Assembly: GCA_902605215.1 (NCBI GenBank)
Contig: CACLBX010000004.1
Span: 1-50,344, forward strand
Source of the DNA: an uncultured Pelagibacteraceae bacterium
GTDB lineage: Bacteria; Pseudomonadota; Alphaproteobacteria; Pelagibacterales; AG-422-B15
DNA length: 50,344 bases
Reading direction: 5' to 3'
Each line of letters starts with the position of its first letter. Position 1 is the first letter of the stretch. Both the position numbers and the translations under genes were made by a program. Positions 10,501-19,206 of the stretch are shown here, piece by piece. The notes below the pieces were generated by a model. It searched no databases. It saw nothing but the letters and a program-made list of their open reading frames with translations, and had not been told where the DNA came from.

Positions 10501-11016
10501 ATGAACGATCTTAATTATTCTCAATTTCTCAATGCTTTTGATATTACATTCCTAATCATTTGCCTCATATCAATTTTTTTTGGTATTAAAAATGGACTAT
10601 TAAAAAGTTTTTTTAATTTAATCAAATGGGTACTAATATTATTTATACTTAAAAATTGTTTTGCCTTATTAAGACCTATTGTAGATCAATATATTGCTAA
10701 TGAAACTTTATCTGATGTTACAATATTTCTGATTACCCTCATAACATCATATATATTTATTTCATTCTTACTCAGACTTTTTATTGGTTTTTTACAACCT
10801 AAGAAAAAGGGATTTGTTGATATGGGGCTTGGAGGGGTCCTTGGCATTTTCAGAGGGTATATTGTAATTGTGATAACTTTGTTTTTTATAAATCAAAATA
10901 TATCTTCTAGTTTATTAGATGACTTAATGAATAGCAGCTCATTTGCTGAAATGGTAAATATTGGAATAGATTTTTTTGAACATATACCAAGAAATTTAGA
11001 AGAAATAGGCATTTAA
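10501..11016 (+). CDS. cvpA: CvpA family membrane protein
   Basis: N.FDI...S..FG..NG..K, D..LGGVLGIFRG; four hydrophobic helices; position near alr/der typical. Confidence 0.8.
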   Translation: MNDLNYSQFLNAFDITFLIICLISIFFGIKNGLLKSFFNLIKWVLILFILKNCFALLRPIVDQYIANETLSDVTIFLITLITSYIFISFLLRLFIGFLQPKKKGFVDMGLGGVLGIFRGYIVIVITLFFINQNISSSLLDDLMNSSSFAEMVNIGIDFFEHIPRNLEEIGI

Positions 11017-11018
11017 AC

Positions 11019-11708
11019 ATGAGAAATCTAAATTGTCTTATTACAGGCGCCTCATCTGGAATTGGGGCAAGTATTGCTCAGGAGTTATCAAAGAAAGTTA
11101 AACACATATATATTCTGTCACGTAATGCATCTAAATTAGAAGAGATAAATGATATAATAATTTCAAATGGATGTGAATGTACAATTGTTCCAATTGATTT
11201 ATGTAAACCCAATGTAATAGAAAATCTTTCTGAAGAAATATTTAAAAAAGATAGGTTTTTAGATATTATTGTATCATCTGCGGGCCAAATAACTAAATTA
11301 TCGCCCGTAGAATCAATTGACCTAAATGAATTCAATGACACTATCAAGTTAAACTATATTTCTAATTTTAGAATCATGAAACATTTTCACCCATTACTGA
11401 AAAATTCTAAAAAATCTAACTTTATTATTATCTCTTCAATTAAAAATGAAATGCAATCTCAATATTGGGGTATATATCAACCAATCATGACAGCGTTAAA
11501 TGAATTGGTCATAAGTTTTGCCAATGAAAATAAAGGTACCTCTATAAATGCCAATATTATCTATCCAGGTGCGGTAAATACTAAATTTAGGGAAAACATT
11601 ATGCCTGGCGAGAATAAAAAGGAAATAAAAAATCCAGGTGATGTAGCAAGAGTGGTTGTAAATTTCTTACTATCAAACGAAAAGAGTGGTGAGATTATAA
11701 AGCTTTAG
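11019..11708 (+). CDS. SDR family oxidoreductase (YciK-like), catalytic Lys apparently missing
   Basis: TGASSGIG Rossmann motif, YWGIYQPIM in place of YWGxYxxSK, PGAVNTKFR...MPGE. Confidence 0.85.
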   Translation: MRNLNCLITGASSGIGASIAQELSKKVKHIYILSRNASKLEEINDIIISNGCECTIVPIDLCKPNVIENLSEEIFKKDRFLDIIVSSAGQITKLSPVESIDLNEFNDTIKLNYISNFRIMKHFHPLLKNSKKSNFIIISSIKNEMQSQYWGIYQPIMTALNELVISFANENKGTSINANIIYPGAVNTKFRENIMPGENKKEIKNPGDVARVVVNFLLSNEKSGEIIKL

Positions 11709-12538
11709 TCTGAATAAGGATTACTGGAGCTTATAAATTGATAAGAAATAGGCACTCCTTTTATTTTAAAAAAATCCCTAAATGCATTATCAAAGAATCT
11801 TTGGAATATTAGAGGCGCTTTCTTTTTAGAATTAATAAAAACCTTAAAAAGTGGAGAGCCAGTCTTTATTTGTACAATGTACTTTGGCTTAATTTCTCTT
11901 TTTTTTATTTTTGGATATTTTGATTGTTTATTCAAATAATTAAGGAATTTATTTAAATTAGTTTTTGTGATTTCAACATGGACAAGTTTATTTTTGTTTA
12001 TAATTTGTTTTATAAAATTCTTAATTCTAATGTTTTTCTTTGCAGAAATGAAATCAGTGTTTATCATTTGATATTGACTGTAATTATTACTTAAAAATTT
12101 TTCTATCTTAGTTTTAAACTTCTTTCCCTCATCAATAAGATCCATCTTATTAAACAAAAAAAATATTATCTTTTTTTTTGTTATAGCCAAATCAGCCAAC
12201 CTAAAATCTTGCTTGGTAATGCTTTCAACAGAATCTATGAGTAAAATTACTACGTCAACCTTGTCAACAAGTGTTATAACTTCCTTGTTTCTATTCTTTT
12301 CATCCAGATCATTGATCTTACTTTTTCGCCTCAGTCCTGGAGTATCAAAAATTGTAAAATCGTAACTATACAAAGTAAATTTATCTTTAAACAACTTCTT
12401 TGTAAGTCCGTATTCATCACCTACTGGAGAAATACTGTCTTCAAGTAAACAGTTAAATAGAGTTGATTTACCTGAATTCGGTTTGCCAATAATACAAAAA
12501 TTTATTTTATTCAAAGTGGAAGACATTGGAATTTTCAT
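11705..12538 (-). CDS. der: Der/EngA-like GTPase with only one G-domain plus C-terminal KH-like domain (start may be 12526 or TTG 12514)
   Basis: GKPNSGKS, DTPGLRRK, ITKQD, NKMD, ISAK, then KH-like tail ending GVPI...NPY; directly downstream of bamB. Confidence 0.85.
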   Translation of the reverse strand: MKIPMSSTLNKINFCIIGKPNSGKSTLFNCLLEDSISPVGDEYGLTKKLFKDKFTLYSYDFTIFDTPGLRRKSKINDLDEKNRNKEVITLVDKVDVVILLIDSVESITKQDFRLADLAITKKKIIFFLFNKMDLIDEGKKFKTKIEKFLSNNYSQYQMINTDFISAKKNIRIKNFIKQIINKNKLVHVEITKTNLNKFLNYLNKQSKYPKIKKREIKPKYIVQIKTGSPLFKVFINSKKKAPLIFQRFFDNAFRDFFKIKGVPISYQFISSSNPYSD

Positions 12539-13805
12539 CCATTATAAATACTGCATTACTCAATATAACTGGTGGCAATATAATGCCTTTTACACCTAGA
12601 CTGTCAGTTGACAATGCTTCGCCTGTCATTGGTGATACAATTTTTAATTCGCCAAAGTAAGAAAAATTATATAATAAATTATTAATTAAATATGGTCCTA
12701 GCCACAAATTCAGATCCTTTGCTTTTTGACCTTTTTTAAATTTATTAAGTTCTGTAATCCAAAAAACTTCACCAGTATTTTTATTTAAACAAATAAGTTT
12801 TCCATCTTCATCAATGACATATACCTGACCTCCTGAAACAGTTGGTGTCCTGTATCCTGACAGGTCTATTGCCCAATTCCTTTTTCCATTAATAGCATTT
12901 GTCGATATCAATTTGCCGTTAGTGCTAACAGAAAAAATTGTATTACTTGATAAGACCGGACTAGCTGAAATATCTTTAATATCAAAATTACTCAATAATG
13001 AGATTTTTGAGACATTCTCTGACCACAACGGTCTGCCAGTGTCATTATCAAAAGCAACTAGTTCACCATTACTAAATGGAGCAATGATTATGTTCTCAAA
13101 ACCTATTGGAGAAGCTGTAATGAGACTCTTCTTATCTTCTGCCACAGTTTGAAACGACCACTCTACGTCACCTGTCTCGAGTGAAAGTGAAAATAATCGA
13201 TTATCTGATGATATGAATAAAATCTGATTTCTATAAATTAGCGGTGGAGATAATATGGGAAATTCAATTTTTTTCTCCCATATTTTATTTCCATCACTAG
13301 AGTCAACAAGCAAAATCTGCCCGTAAGCGTCAACTAACACTATCTTATCATCAAAATAAGCAAGTCCACCTCTTATAACTTCATACTTTTTATTGGCATC
13401 AACTTTAATATCAATTGAAAATATTTTTTCATTACTTTTATGATTTTTACATTCTAAGAAACCTTTGGGCAAAACGTAGCAAATCGAATCATTAAAATAA
13501 ATTGGCTGGATTATGTTAAGAGCTCCTCTTGTTCCAGAAACAATCTTTGTCTTATCTTTTAAGGAAGATAAAGTGAATATGTTATTTAAATTATTTCCAG
13601 GATTTTGAAAATGCTGCGACCAATAATTTATTTCCTTTGGTGGATCTATTCTTATATCTTCTATGTTTAGACCTAGGGTTTCTGAGATCTCTGCGTCATA
13701 AGCCAATATAGGGAAACTATTTGTATCTTTCTCTATTATTTCATTTTTTGTACAACTAAATATTACAAATGTTGATAGTAAAATAATATATAAAATATTT
13801 CTCAT
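12507..13805 (-). CDS. bamB: PQQ-like beta-propeller lipoprotein (BamB-like)
   Basis: Lipobox-like IFSC, repeated D..G...W blades, yfgM-bamB-der synteny. Confidence 0.8.
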   Translation of the reverse strand: MRNILYIILLSTFVIFSCTKNEIIEKDTNSFPILAYDAEISETLGLNIEDIRIDPPKEINYWSQHFQNPGNNLNNIFTLSSLKDKTKIVSGTRGALNIIQPIYFNDSICYVLPKGFLECKNHKSNEKIFSIDIKVDANKKYEVIRGGLAYFDDKIVLVDAYGQILLVDSSDGNKIWEKKIEFPILSPPLIYRNQILFISSDNRLFSLSLETGDVEWSFQTVAEDKKSLITASPIGFENIIIAPFSNGELVAFDNDTGRPLWSENVSKISLLSNFDIKDISASPVLSSNTIFSVSTNGKLISTNAINGKRNWAIDLSGYRTPTVSGGQVYVIDEDGKLICLNKNTGEVFWITELNKFKKGQKAKDLNLWLGPYLINNLLYNFSYFGELKIVSPMTGEALSTDSLGVKGIILPPVILSNAVFIMDENSNVFHFE

Positions 13806-13806
13806 A

Positions 13807-14439
13807 CTATTTAATTGTGTCTAAAAATTTAGTTGCTCTAATAACAATATCTCTTGGAGTATTTGTATCATTAATTAGTTCGTCAAATTTTTCTTTAGAT
13901 ATTTGAAATTTACCTGATAATAAATTTTTGATAGCAATAGTTTCTTTAAAAAGAAATTTAAAAGAACTATTTTCTAATTTATCACTGTTAATATATATAT
14001 TTATTTCATCCATCGCTATGTCATTTAAATTACTCATTAAATAAAAATAGATAGCCAGGTCAGTTATGATGTCATCTGTTTTGTCTTCATTAATTATTTC
14101 TAAAAGCTTGTCTTTGCTTTCTTGTATTTTTCCATTTTCCATTAATAGAGTTGCAATTTTTATTTGCGCAATACCTGAAATAAGTAATTGATTTGAATTT
14201 TCAATTTCACCTAGAGTTTCAATCGTTTGAGTAAAATCTACTAAATCTGAAGAATCAATATATTTCTCTACTTCTTCCTCATAAAATGACTGATTTACCG
14301 ACTTATTAATTTGATAACCAAGTACCGAACCAATTAATAAAATTAGTCCGCCAATTAGATAAACACGGTAACGTCTCCACAAATTTATTAGACGATCCTG
14401 TCTTAATTCTTCATCAACTTGCCTTAAAATATCTGACAT
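13807..14439 (-). CDS. YfgM-like TPR membrane protein
   Basis: MSDILRQVDEELRQDRL..LW N-terminus typical of alphaproteobacterial YfgM/TPR_21 proteins; single TM; upstream of bamB. Confidence 0.85.
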   Translation of the reverse strand: MSDILRQVDEELRQDRLINLWRRYRVYLIGGLILLIGSVLGYQINKSVNQSFYEEEVEKYIDSSDLVDFTQTIETLGEIENSNQLLISGIAQIKIATLLMENGKIQESKDKLLEIINEDKTDDIITDLAIYFYLMSNLNDIAMDEINIYINSDKLENSSFKFLFKETIAIKNLLSGKFQISKEKFDELINDTNTPRDIVIRATKFLDTIK

Positions 14440-15266
14440 TAATCTTCTTCACCTTTACTAACGATTTGAGGATTCATAGCATAAGTATGTTCCTTGCCTG
14501 GAAACTCTCTATTTCTCACCTCACCAGCGTATTCATAAGCTGCCTTTTTTATTAAAACTTCTAAATCAGCATATTTCTTAACAAACTTTGGAGCAATATT
14601 AGTTAAGCCTAACATATCTTCTGTTACTAATACTTGGCCATCGCATTTAGGCGAGGCGCCTATGCCAATCGTTGGTATTGAAATTCTAGATGTAATCTCA
14701 GCAGCTAATGGTTCAGCCATACCTTCTAGTACTACTGAAAATGCTCCAGCCTCTTCTATTGCAATTGCATCATCAACATATTTGCCCCAATCAAATTTAT
14801 TTCTTCCTTTGACTTTATAGCCACCATCTATGAGTACACTTTGAGGCTGAAGGCCAATGTGTCCCATTACTGGGATTGAACGGTCAGTTAAATATTTTAC
14901 TGTTTCATACATATTTCTTCCACCCTCAAGCTTTACTCCATTGCAGTTTGTTTCCTTCATTACTTTTGCAGCATTCATAAAAGCTTTGTCAACAGACTCT
15001 TCATAGGTCCCAAAAGGCATATCAACTATAATGCACGACTGTTTTGTTGCATTAACAACAGATTTTGAATGCTCTATCATTTGAAAGAGTGTTACTGGCA
15101 ATGTATTTTGATAGTCATAAAGAACCATTCCGAGTGAGTCGCCTACTAATAAAAGATCACCGCAGCCATCAATAGATCTTGCAATCGGCGATGTGTATGC
15201 CGTCAAGCAAACAATTGGGGTTTTTCCCTTTTGGTTTTTGATATCAATTACGGATTTACGTTTCAT
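14439..15266 (-). CDS. panB: 3-methyl-2-oxobutanoate hydroxymethyltransferase
   Basis: CLTAY, LLVGDSLGMV, DMPFGTY, VKLEGG, GHIGLQPQ, TIGIGA..CDGQVLV. Confidence 0.97.
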   Translation of the reverse strand: MKRKSVIDIKNQKGKTPIVCLTAYTSPIARSIDGCGDLLLVGDSLGMVLYDYQNTLPVTLFQMIEHSKSVVNATKQSCIIVDMPFGTYEESVDKAFMNAAKVMKETNCNGVKLEGGRNMYETVKYLTDRSIPVMGHIGLQPQSVLIDGGYKVKGRNKFDWGKYVDDAIAIEEAGAFSVVLEGMAEPLAAEITSRISIPTIGIGASPKCDGQVLVTEDMLGLTNIAPKFVKKYADLEVLIKKAAYEYAGEVRNREFPGKEHTYAMNPQIVSKGEED

Positions 15267-15321
15267 CCAGCGGTTTATACTTTAGAAATAGAAAAATTTC
15301 TATAAAAAGCTCAAAAACTCG

Positions 15322-15840
15322 TTATTTTCGCCTAACATTAGGGATTACTTCTTCTTGGTAACCTTCATTGAATGAATCAGAGTCGCCATAAATTTCTGCT
15401 TCAAACCACTTGATAAACTCATCTGACTTTATCCCTTTCCAATATTTCCATGATGATTGCGCTATAGGCGCTTTCATAACTCCAAGTTTTAGCATATGCA
15501 TCCTCATCCTTAAATGCGACTCGTCAACAAAGCCTTTTTCAACTTTTTCATATGTATCGAATATATCTACCAATAATGTATTTATAAAAATAGCGACGCG
15601 CCATTTATCTGAATCATCTAGGTCACCTGTGGCCCAATCTTTTGCTAAAAAATTACTAAACTCCTTATCTTTCGCTGTATTAAAATATCTTTCATACATT
15701 CGTTGTGTAAGAGAATGTCCAAATTGAGCTTTTGTAATTTCATTTTGTTGATGAATTTGTAATCCCAAGTAAATAACTGAGACAAGCACACCAAACGCCG
15801 CTACCATTTGTACAATAAGAAGAATAGTGTCTGTATTCAT
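15322..15840 (-). CDS. Hypothetical protein with N-terminal TM helix
   Basis: 172-aa ORF, TAATG overlap with the photolyase stop; hydrophobic N-terminus (GVLVSVIYLGLQI) then helical soluble domain. Confidence 0.8.
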   Translation of the reverse strand: MNTDTILLIVQMVAAFGVLVSVIYLGLQIHQQNEITKAQFGHSLTQRMYERYFNTAKDKEFSNFLAKDWATGDLDDSDKWRVAIFINTLLVDIFDTYEKVEKGFVDESHLRMRMHMLKLGVMKAPIAQSSWKYWKGIKSDEFIKWFEAEIYGDSDSFNEGYQEEVIPNVRRK

Positions 15841-17282
15841 TAGGCTATTAAAGTTTTAGTTGTGGCAAATGCCTCTAAAGCTTTTTGACGGGATGAGCCA
15901 ATTTCAACAATAGGCAGTGGATAATTCTCGCCAAGCTTTACACCTGCCGATCTTAGGACATCTTCAGGGGCTTCCCAAGGGTTAAATAAGAACTTATCTG
16001 GCATGTCATTCAAAGCAGGAAGGTATTTTCTTGTGTATTTTCCGTCAGGATCAAATTTCTGTCCCTGAGTTATTGGGTTAAAAATTCTAAAATATGGAGC
16101 GGCATCCGCGCCTGAACCAGCGATCCATTGCCACCCAGCGCTATTGCTCGCTAGATCTGCGTCAATCAAGCAGTCCCAAAACCATCTTTCTCCATGATGC
16201 CAATGTAAAAGTAAATTTTTTACAAGAAAGGACCCCACTACCATTCTTAGTCTATTATGCATGTAGCCCGTTTGCCATAATTCTTGCATGCCTGCATCCA
16301 CAATCGGATAGCCAGTCAGTCCTTTTTGCCATTTCTTTAATTTGTCTTTATCATTATCCCATGGAAAATTGTCGAACTTCTTTTGCAAGTTTTCTTTTGG
16401 AAGAAATGGAAAATGGTAGAGTAAATTAAAAGAAAACTCTCGCCAACCTAATTCACTCAGGAAGTGATCCAGGTCTTTCTTTATGCCTAATTTTCCCTCT
16501 TTTGTCTTAGCTCGGTACCACACTTGGTTTGGTGAGACTTCGCCAAAGTGTAAGTGAGGTGAAAGTTGAGAAACATTCTGATTAGATGGAAAATTTCTCC
16601 CTTCTTTATAATTATTTAATCCATTTGAAATAAACTCTTCAATCTTACTATGGGCACCTTCTTCTCCCGGTGACCAAAGAGAAATCATTTTATTATACCA
16701 ATTGTGTTGAGGCATTAGCTCCAGGTCTTCAATTTTTAAATCATGATTATCAATTGATATTAAATTAGATAGATTAGGTGCTGGTAGTGGCATCCGAGGC
16801 TTATCAGAATTTAGACACCCTTTTCGATAGTATGGGGTGAATACTTTGTAGGGAGTACCATCTTTTTTCGATATATTCCATGGCTCCCATAAAAGTGATC
16901 CATTAAAGGTGTTCACATTTACGTTCTGATCATTAAAATATTTTTTTATCTTTTTGTCTCTTTTGACTCTCCAAGGTTCATAACAACGATTCCAAAATAT
17001 ATTTGAAATTTCATATTGTTTATGTATTTCATTCAGAATATCCATTGGGTTGCCTATAAAAATACAGAGTTTATTTTTTAATGATTTGTTTAACTTGATT
17101 AATGAATGATGCAGCCACCACTTACTTGCAGCACCATTTACGTGTTCTTTTGAATTTACATTGTCTAATATAAAAATTGGTAAGGTCTTGCCATCCTCGA
17201 GTGCATTAGTTAAAGCGGGATTATCGGCTAAACGCAGGTCTTGCCTGAACCACATTACATTTATATTTTTTGCTAATGCCAT
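15840..17282 (-). CDS. phrB: CPD DNA photolyase (class III-like)
   Basis: WFRQDLRLADNPAL, WWLHHSL, SQLSPHLHFGEVSP, ELGWREF, GYMHNRLRM, WQWIAGSGADAAPYFRIFNP. Confidence 0.95.
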   Translation of the reverse strand: MALAKNINVMWFRQDLRLADNPALTNALEDGKTLPIFILDNVNSKEHVNGAASKWWLHHSLIKLNKSLKNKLCIFIGNPMDILNEIHKQYEISNIFWNRCYEPWRVKRDKKIKKYFNDQNVNVNTFNGSLLWEPWNISKKDGTPYKVFTPYYRKGCLNSDKPRMPLPAPNLSNLISIDNHDLKIEDLELMPQHNWYNKMISLWSPGEEGAHSKIEEFISNGLNNYKEGRNFPSNQNVSQLSPHLHFGEVSPNQVWYRAKTKEGKLGIKKDLDHFLSELGWREFSFNLLYHFPFLPKENLQKKFDNFPWDNDKDKLKKWQKGLTGYPIVDAGMQELWQTGYMHNRLRMVVGSFLVKNLLLHWHHGERWFWDCLIDADLASNSAGWQWIAGSGADAAPYFRIFNPITQGQKFDPDGKYTRKYLPALNDMPDKFLFNPWEAPEDVLRSAGVKLGENYPLPIVEIGSSRQKALEAFATTKTLIA

Positions 17283-17344
17283 AATTTATATATATAGCCT
17301 AATTATACCTAGTTTCCATGGATTTGAACTGAAAGTCTGCAGTA

Positions 17345-17860
17345 TTAGAAGGAATATTCAAAATTCTGAGTTGTTGGATTATGTCCTAGGAGTTTTGCTC
17401 CATTTCTGATGTGGTAATGAGTGGCCGTTGGTGTCAGAGGAGAGAGAGTTACTATCCTTTTGTACCCCATCTCTTTTCCAAATTTTAGAGCCTCTTCCAT
17501 AATTTTTTTGCCCGCACCTTTTTTTCTCGACCACACAGTATAAGCAATTATTGTATCAGCATTTTGCTCGTAAACGGCCAGTCGGCTCATTAAGTCCAAT
17601 TCTTTTATTGAATGAGGAACATCCTTTGTAAAGGCTAAACACATAATGCCTTCAATTTCATTATTATATTCTAAACCATATATTTTTCTGTCATGAGTGG
17701 TTCTCCATTCAAGATCAAGCTCTGGTCTTACAGGGTCTTCAGCAACATCAATATTATCTAACTCAATAAATTTGGCTGTTTTAATCCATGTAAAATCAGT
17801 AAAATTTAAATTAAATATTGATTTAAAAAAATTTAGAATTTTAAAAAATAATTTTTTCAT
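17345..17860 (-). CDS. Hypothetical GNAT-fold-like protein
   Basis: 171-aa ORF with YTVWSRKKGAGKKIM (acyl-CoA-binding loop-like R/K-x-x-G-x-G) and VTLSP...A.HYH.RNG (motif B-like). Confidence 0.7.
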   Translation of the reverse strand: MKKLFFKILNFFKSIFNLNFTDFTWIKTAKFIELDNIDVAEDPVRPELDLEWRTTHDRKIYGLEYNNEIEGIMCLAFTKDVPHSIKELDLMSRLAVYEQNADTIIAYTVWSRKKGAGKKIMEEALKFGKEMGYKRIVTLSPLTPTATHYHIRNGAKLLGHNPTTQNFEYSF

Positions 17861-17920
17861 TACTTTATTATAGTTGCATTCAATCTAATTTTTAGGTTAA
17901 ATCTTAGTTAAATAGTCTTC

Positions 17921-17941
17921 TTATTTCCACTCAGTAGTAAC
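17921..17941 (-). repeat. Distal att copy of the guaA 3' end
   Basis: + strand ttatttccactcagtagtaac versus guaA end ctactcccactcaatagtacc (20359..20379); the minus strand reads VTTEWK* versus GTIEWE*. Confidence 0.75.
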
Positions 17942-17961
17942 GTAGATTTTATTCTGTTTAA

Positions 17962-17974
17962 TATCAATTATTTA
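17962..17974 (+). promoter_or_regulatory. IHF-like site in the att arm
   Basis: TATCAAttatTTA matches WATCAANNNNTTR and lies between the att core and the arm repeats; AT-rich background lowers specificity. Confidence 0.4.
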
Positions 17975-17992
17975 AACTAACCGCATAGAGCA

Positions 17993-18011
17993 TGTGCAAC
18001 TAATGTGTAAC
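17993..18011 (+). repeat. Tandem arm-type integrase-binding repeats (distal end)
   Basis: TGTGCAAC-taa-TGTGTAAC; the same motif pairs recur at 20239..20258 and 20301..20319. Confidence 0.6.
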
Positions 18012-18194
18012 TCAACAACTACTTTGCACGTTTTCTCCACGCTTAAGTTTTTCAGCTATTATTTCCAACTTAGCAAGACGTTTGGTTTCTTCACCAGTCA
18101 ATTTGCGACGCGGATTTGCCTTTTCAATCCGTTCTTGTAGCATCTTATGGAAGTTACTGTTTGATTGCTTTAGATTATCTAACCATTCGTTCAT
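18012..18194 (-). pseudogene. Truncated hypothetical ORF ending at the island arm repeats
   Basis: 60-aa helical, charged ORF whose last residues (SSC*) run into the TGTGTAAC repeat. Confidence 0.5.
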
Positions 18195-18221
18195 CGGTGG
18201 GTAACACTACAACAAGCTAAA

Positions 18222-19205
18222 TTATCCAACATCAAAGAAACCATAAATATTACGCTCAAAATTTTTAAATGGACTTTCTGTGATGTCAAAAGCCTCTGCA
18301 ATATTTGGCGTAATTCCGTCATAACCGTGTATTATCAGAACACCACCAGAGCATCTAACTAGAAATTTATTATTCGGAAACACATCTACCACAGATCCAA
18401 ATTTGGAGTCTAAGAAAGGATGCGTTTCTAAATCGGTATAGAAAACAGCAGCTCGTTCAATAATAACTTTTTCGCCATTTATATATGAGAAAGCCCCATC
18501 AAAAGGTTCAGTAACAGCCCTAATCAGTCGGTCAATATTGTGTATATCATCTCGCCAGTCGATACTTCCATCTGATGGAGATCGTTTTGGGTAAAAGCTT
18601 TCACCAAAAGCTAGTGATTGAGATCGGGTTGTGCACTTCCCATCCAAAAGATTCTCCAAATTATTCTTAATCAAGCTACACATTGACAAAGTATTTTTAT
18701 AATGCAGTGTTTCAGCGGTGTCATTTTCACCAATACTGAAGGTCTTTGAGTCTAAGATTGGTCCATTATCTATACCAGCTTCATATTTAAAAAGATTCGT
18801 ATGGAATAGTTTTCGCCCTTCAATAAGTGCCCAGTTCATTGGCGATCTTCCCTTTCCAAAAGGAAGGTCCCTTGCGCTTCCATGCATTCCAAACACACCA
18901 ACACTAAACATACTTAGCAACGCCTCTGGGATCAATCTCTGCCAACCGACACAAAATCCGAGAGGGACATGATTTAATTTTTTAATAGCTGTTATATCTT
19001 CATCATTTAGTGAATAACTTTTTGCAACATATATACTTTCAAATATCTTACGTTTAACCACAAGATCTTCATACCCAGCCACATGATTACTTGCAGCCAA
19101 TTCTGTTGAAATGGTAACCAAATGGATTTTCAAATCTAGATTTTTTAAAAATCGTGCTGTATGGAGAGTGGTGTCTTTACATCCAAATAAAATTATTTCT
19201 CTCAT
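18222..19205 (-). CDS. Sugar N-formyltransferase (Fmt/ArnA-N-terminal-like)
   Basis: GWQRLIP, GMHGSARDLPFGKGRSPMNWAL, GIDNGPI, PKRSPSDG.IDW, LIRAVTEPFDGAF. Confidence 0.88.
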   Translation of the reverse strand: MREIILFGCKDTTLHTARFLKNLDLKIHLVTISTELAASNHVAGYEDLVVKRKIFESIYVAKSYSLNDEDITAIKKLNHVPLGFCVGWQRLIPEALLSMFSVGVFGMHGSARDLPFGKGRSPMNWALIEGRKLFHTNLFKYEAGIDNGPILDSKTFSIGENDTAETLHYKNTLSMCSLIKNNLENLLDGKCTTRSQSLAFGESFYPKRSPSDGSIDWRDDIHNIDRLIRAVTEPFDGAFSYINGEKVIIERAAVFYTDLETHPFLDSKFGSVVDVFPNNKFLVRCSGGVLIIHGYDGITPNIAEAFDITESPFKNFERNIYGFFDVG

Positions 19206-19206
19206 C

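Noticed and set aside
16094-16429. Antisense/alternative-frame ORFs in the track (e.g. 2180..2374, 15410..15727, 16094..16429, 17161..17409, 35865..36287)
   Set aside because: They overlap well-supported genes and have no recognisable motifs, so they are shadow ORFs.
17875-17902. Possible dif site (TTAGGTTAAAT resembles the XerD arm)
   Set aside because: No XerC-like arm at the 6-bp spacing; the AT-rich match is likely chance.
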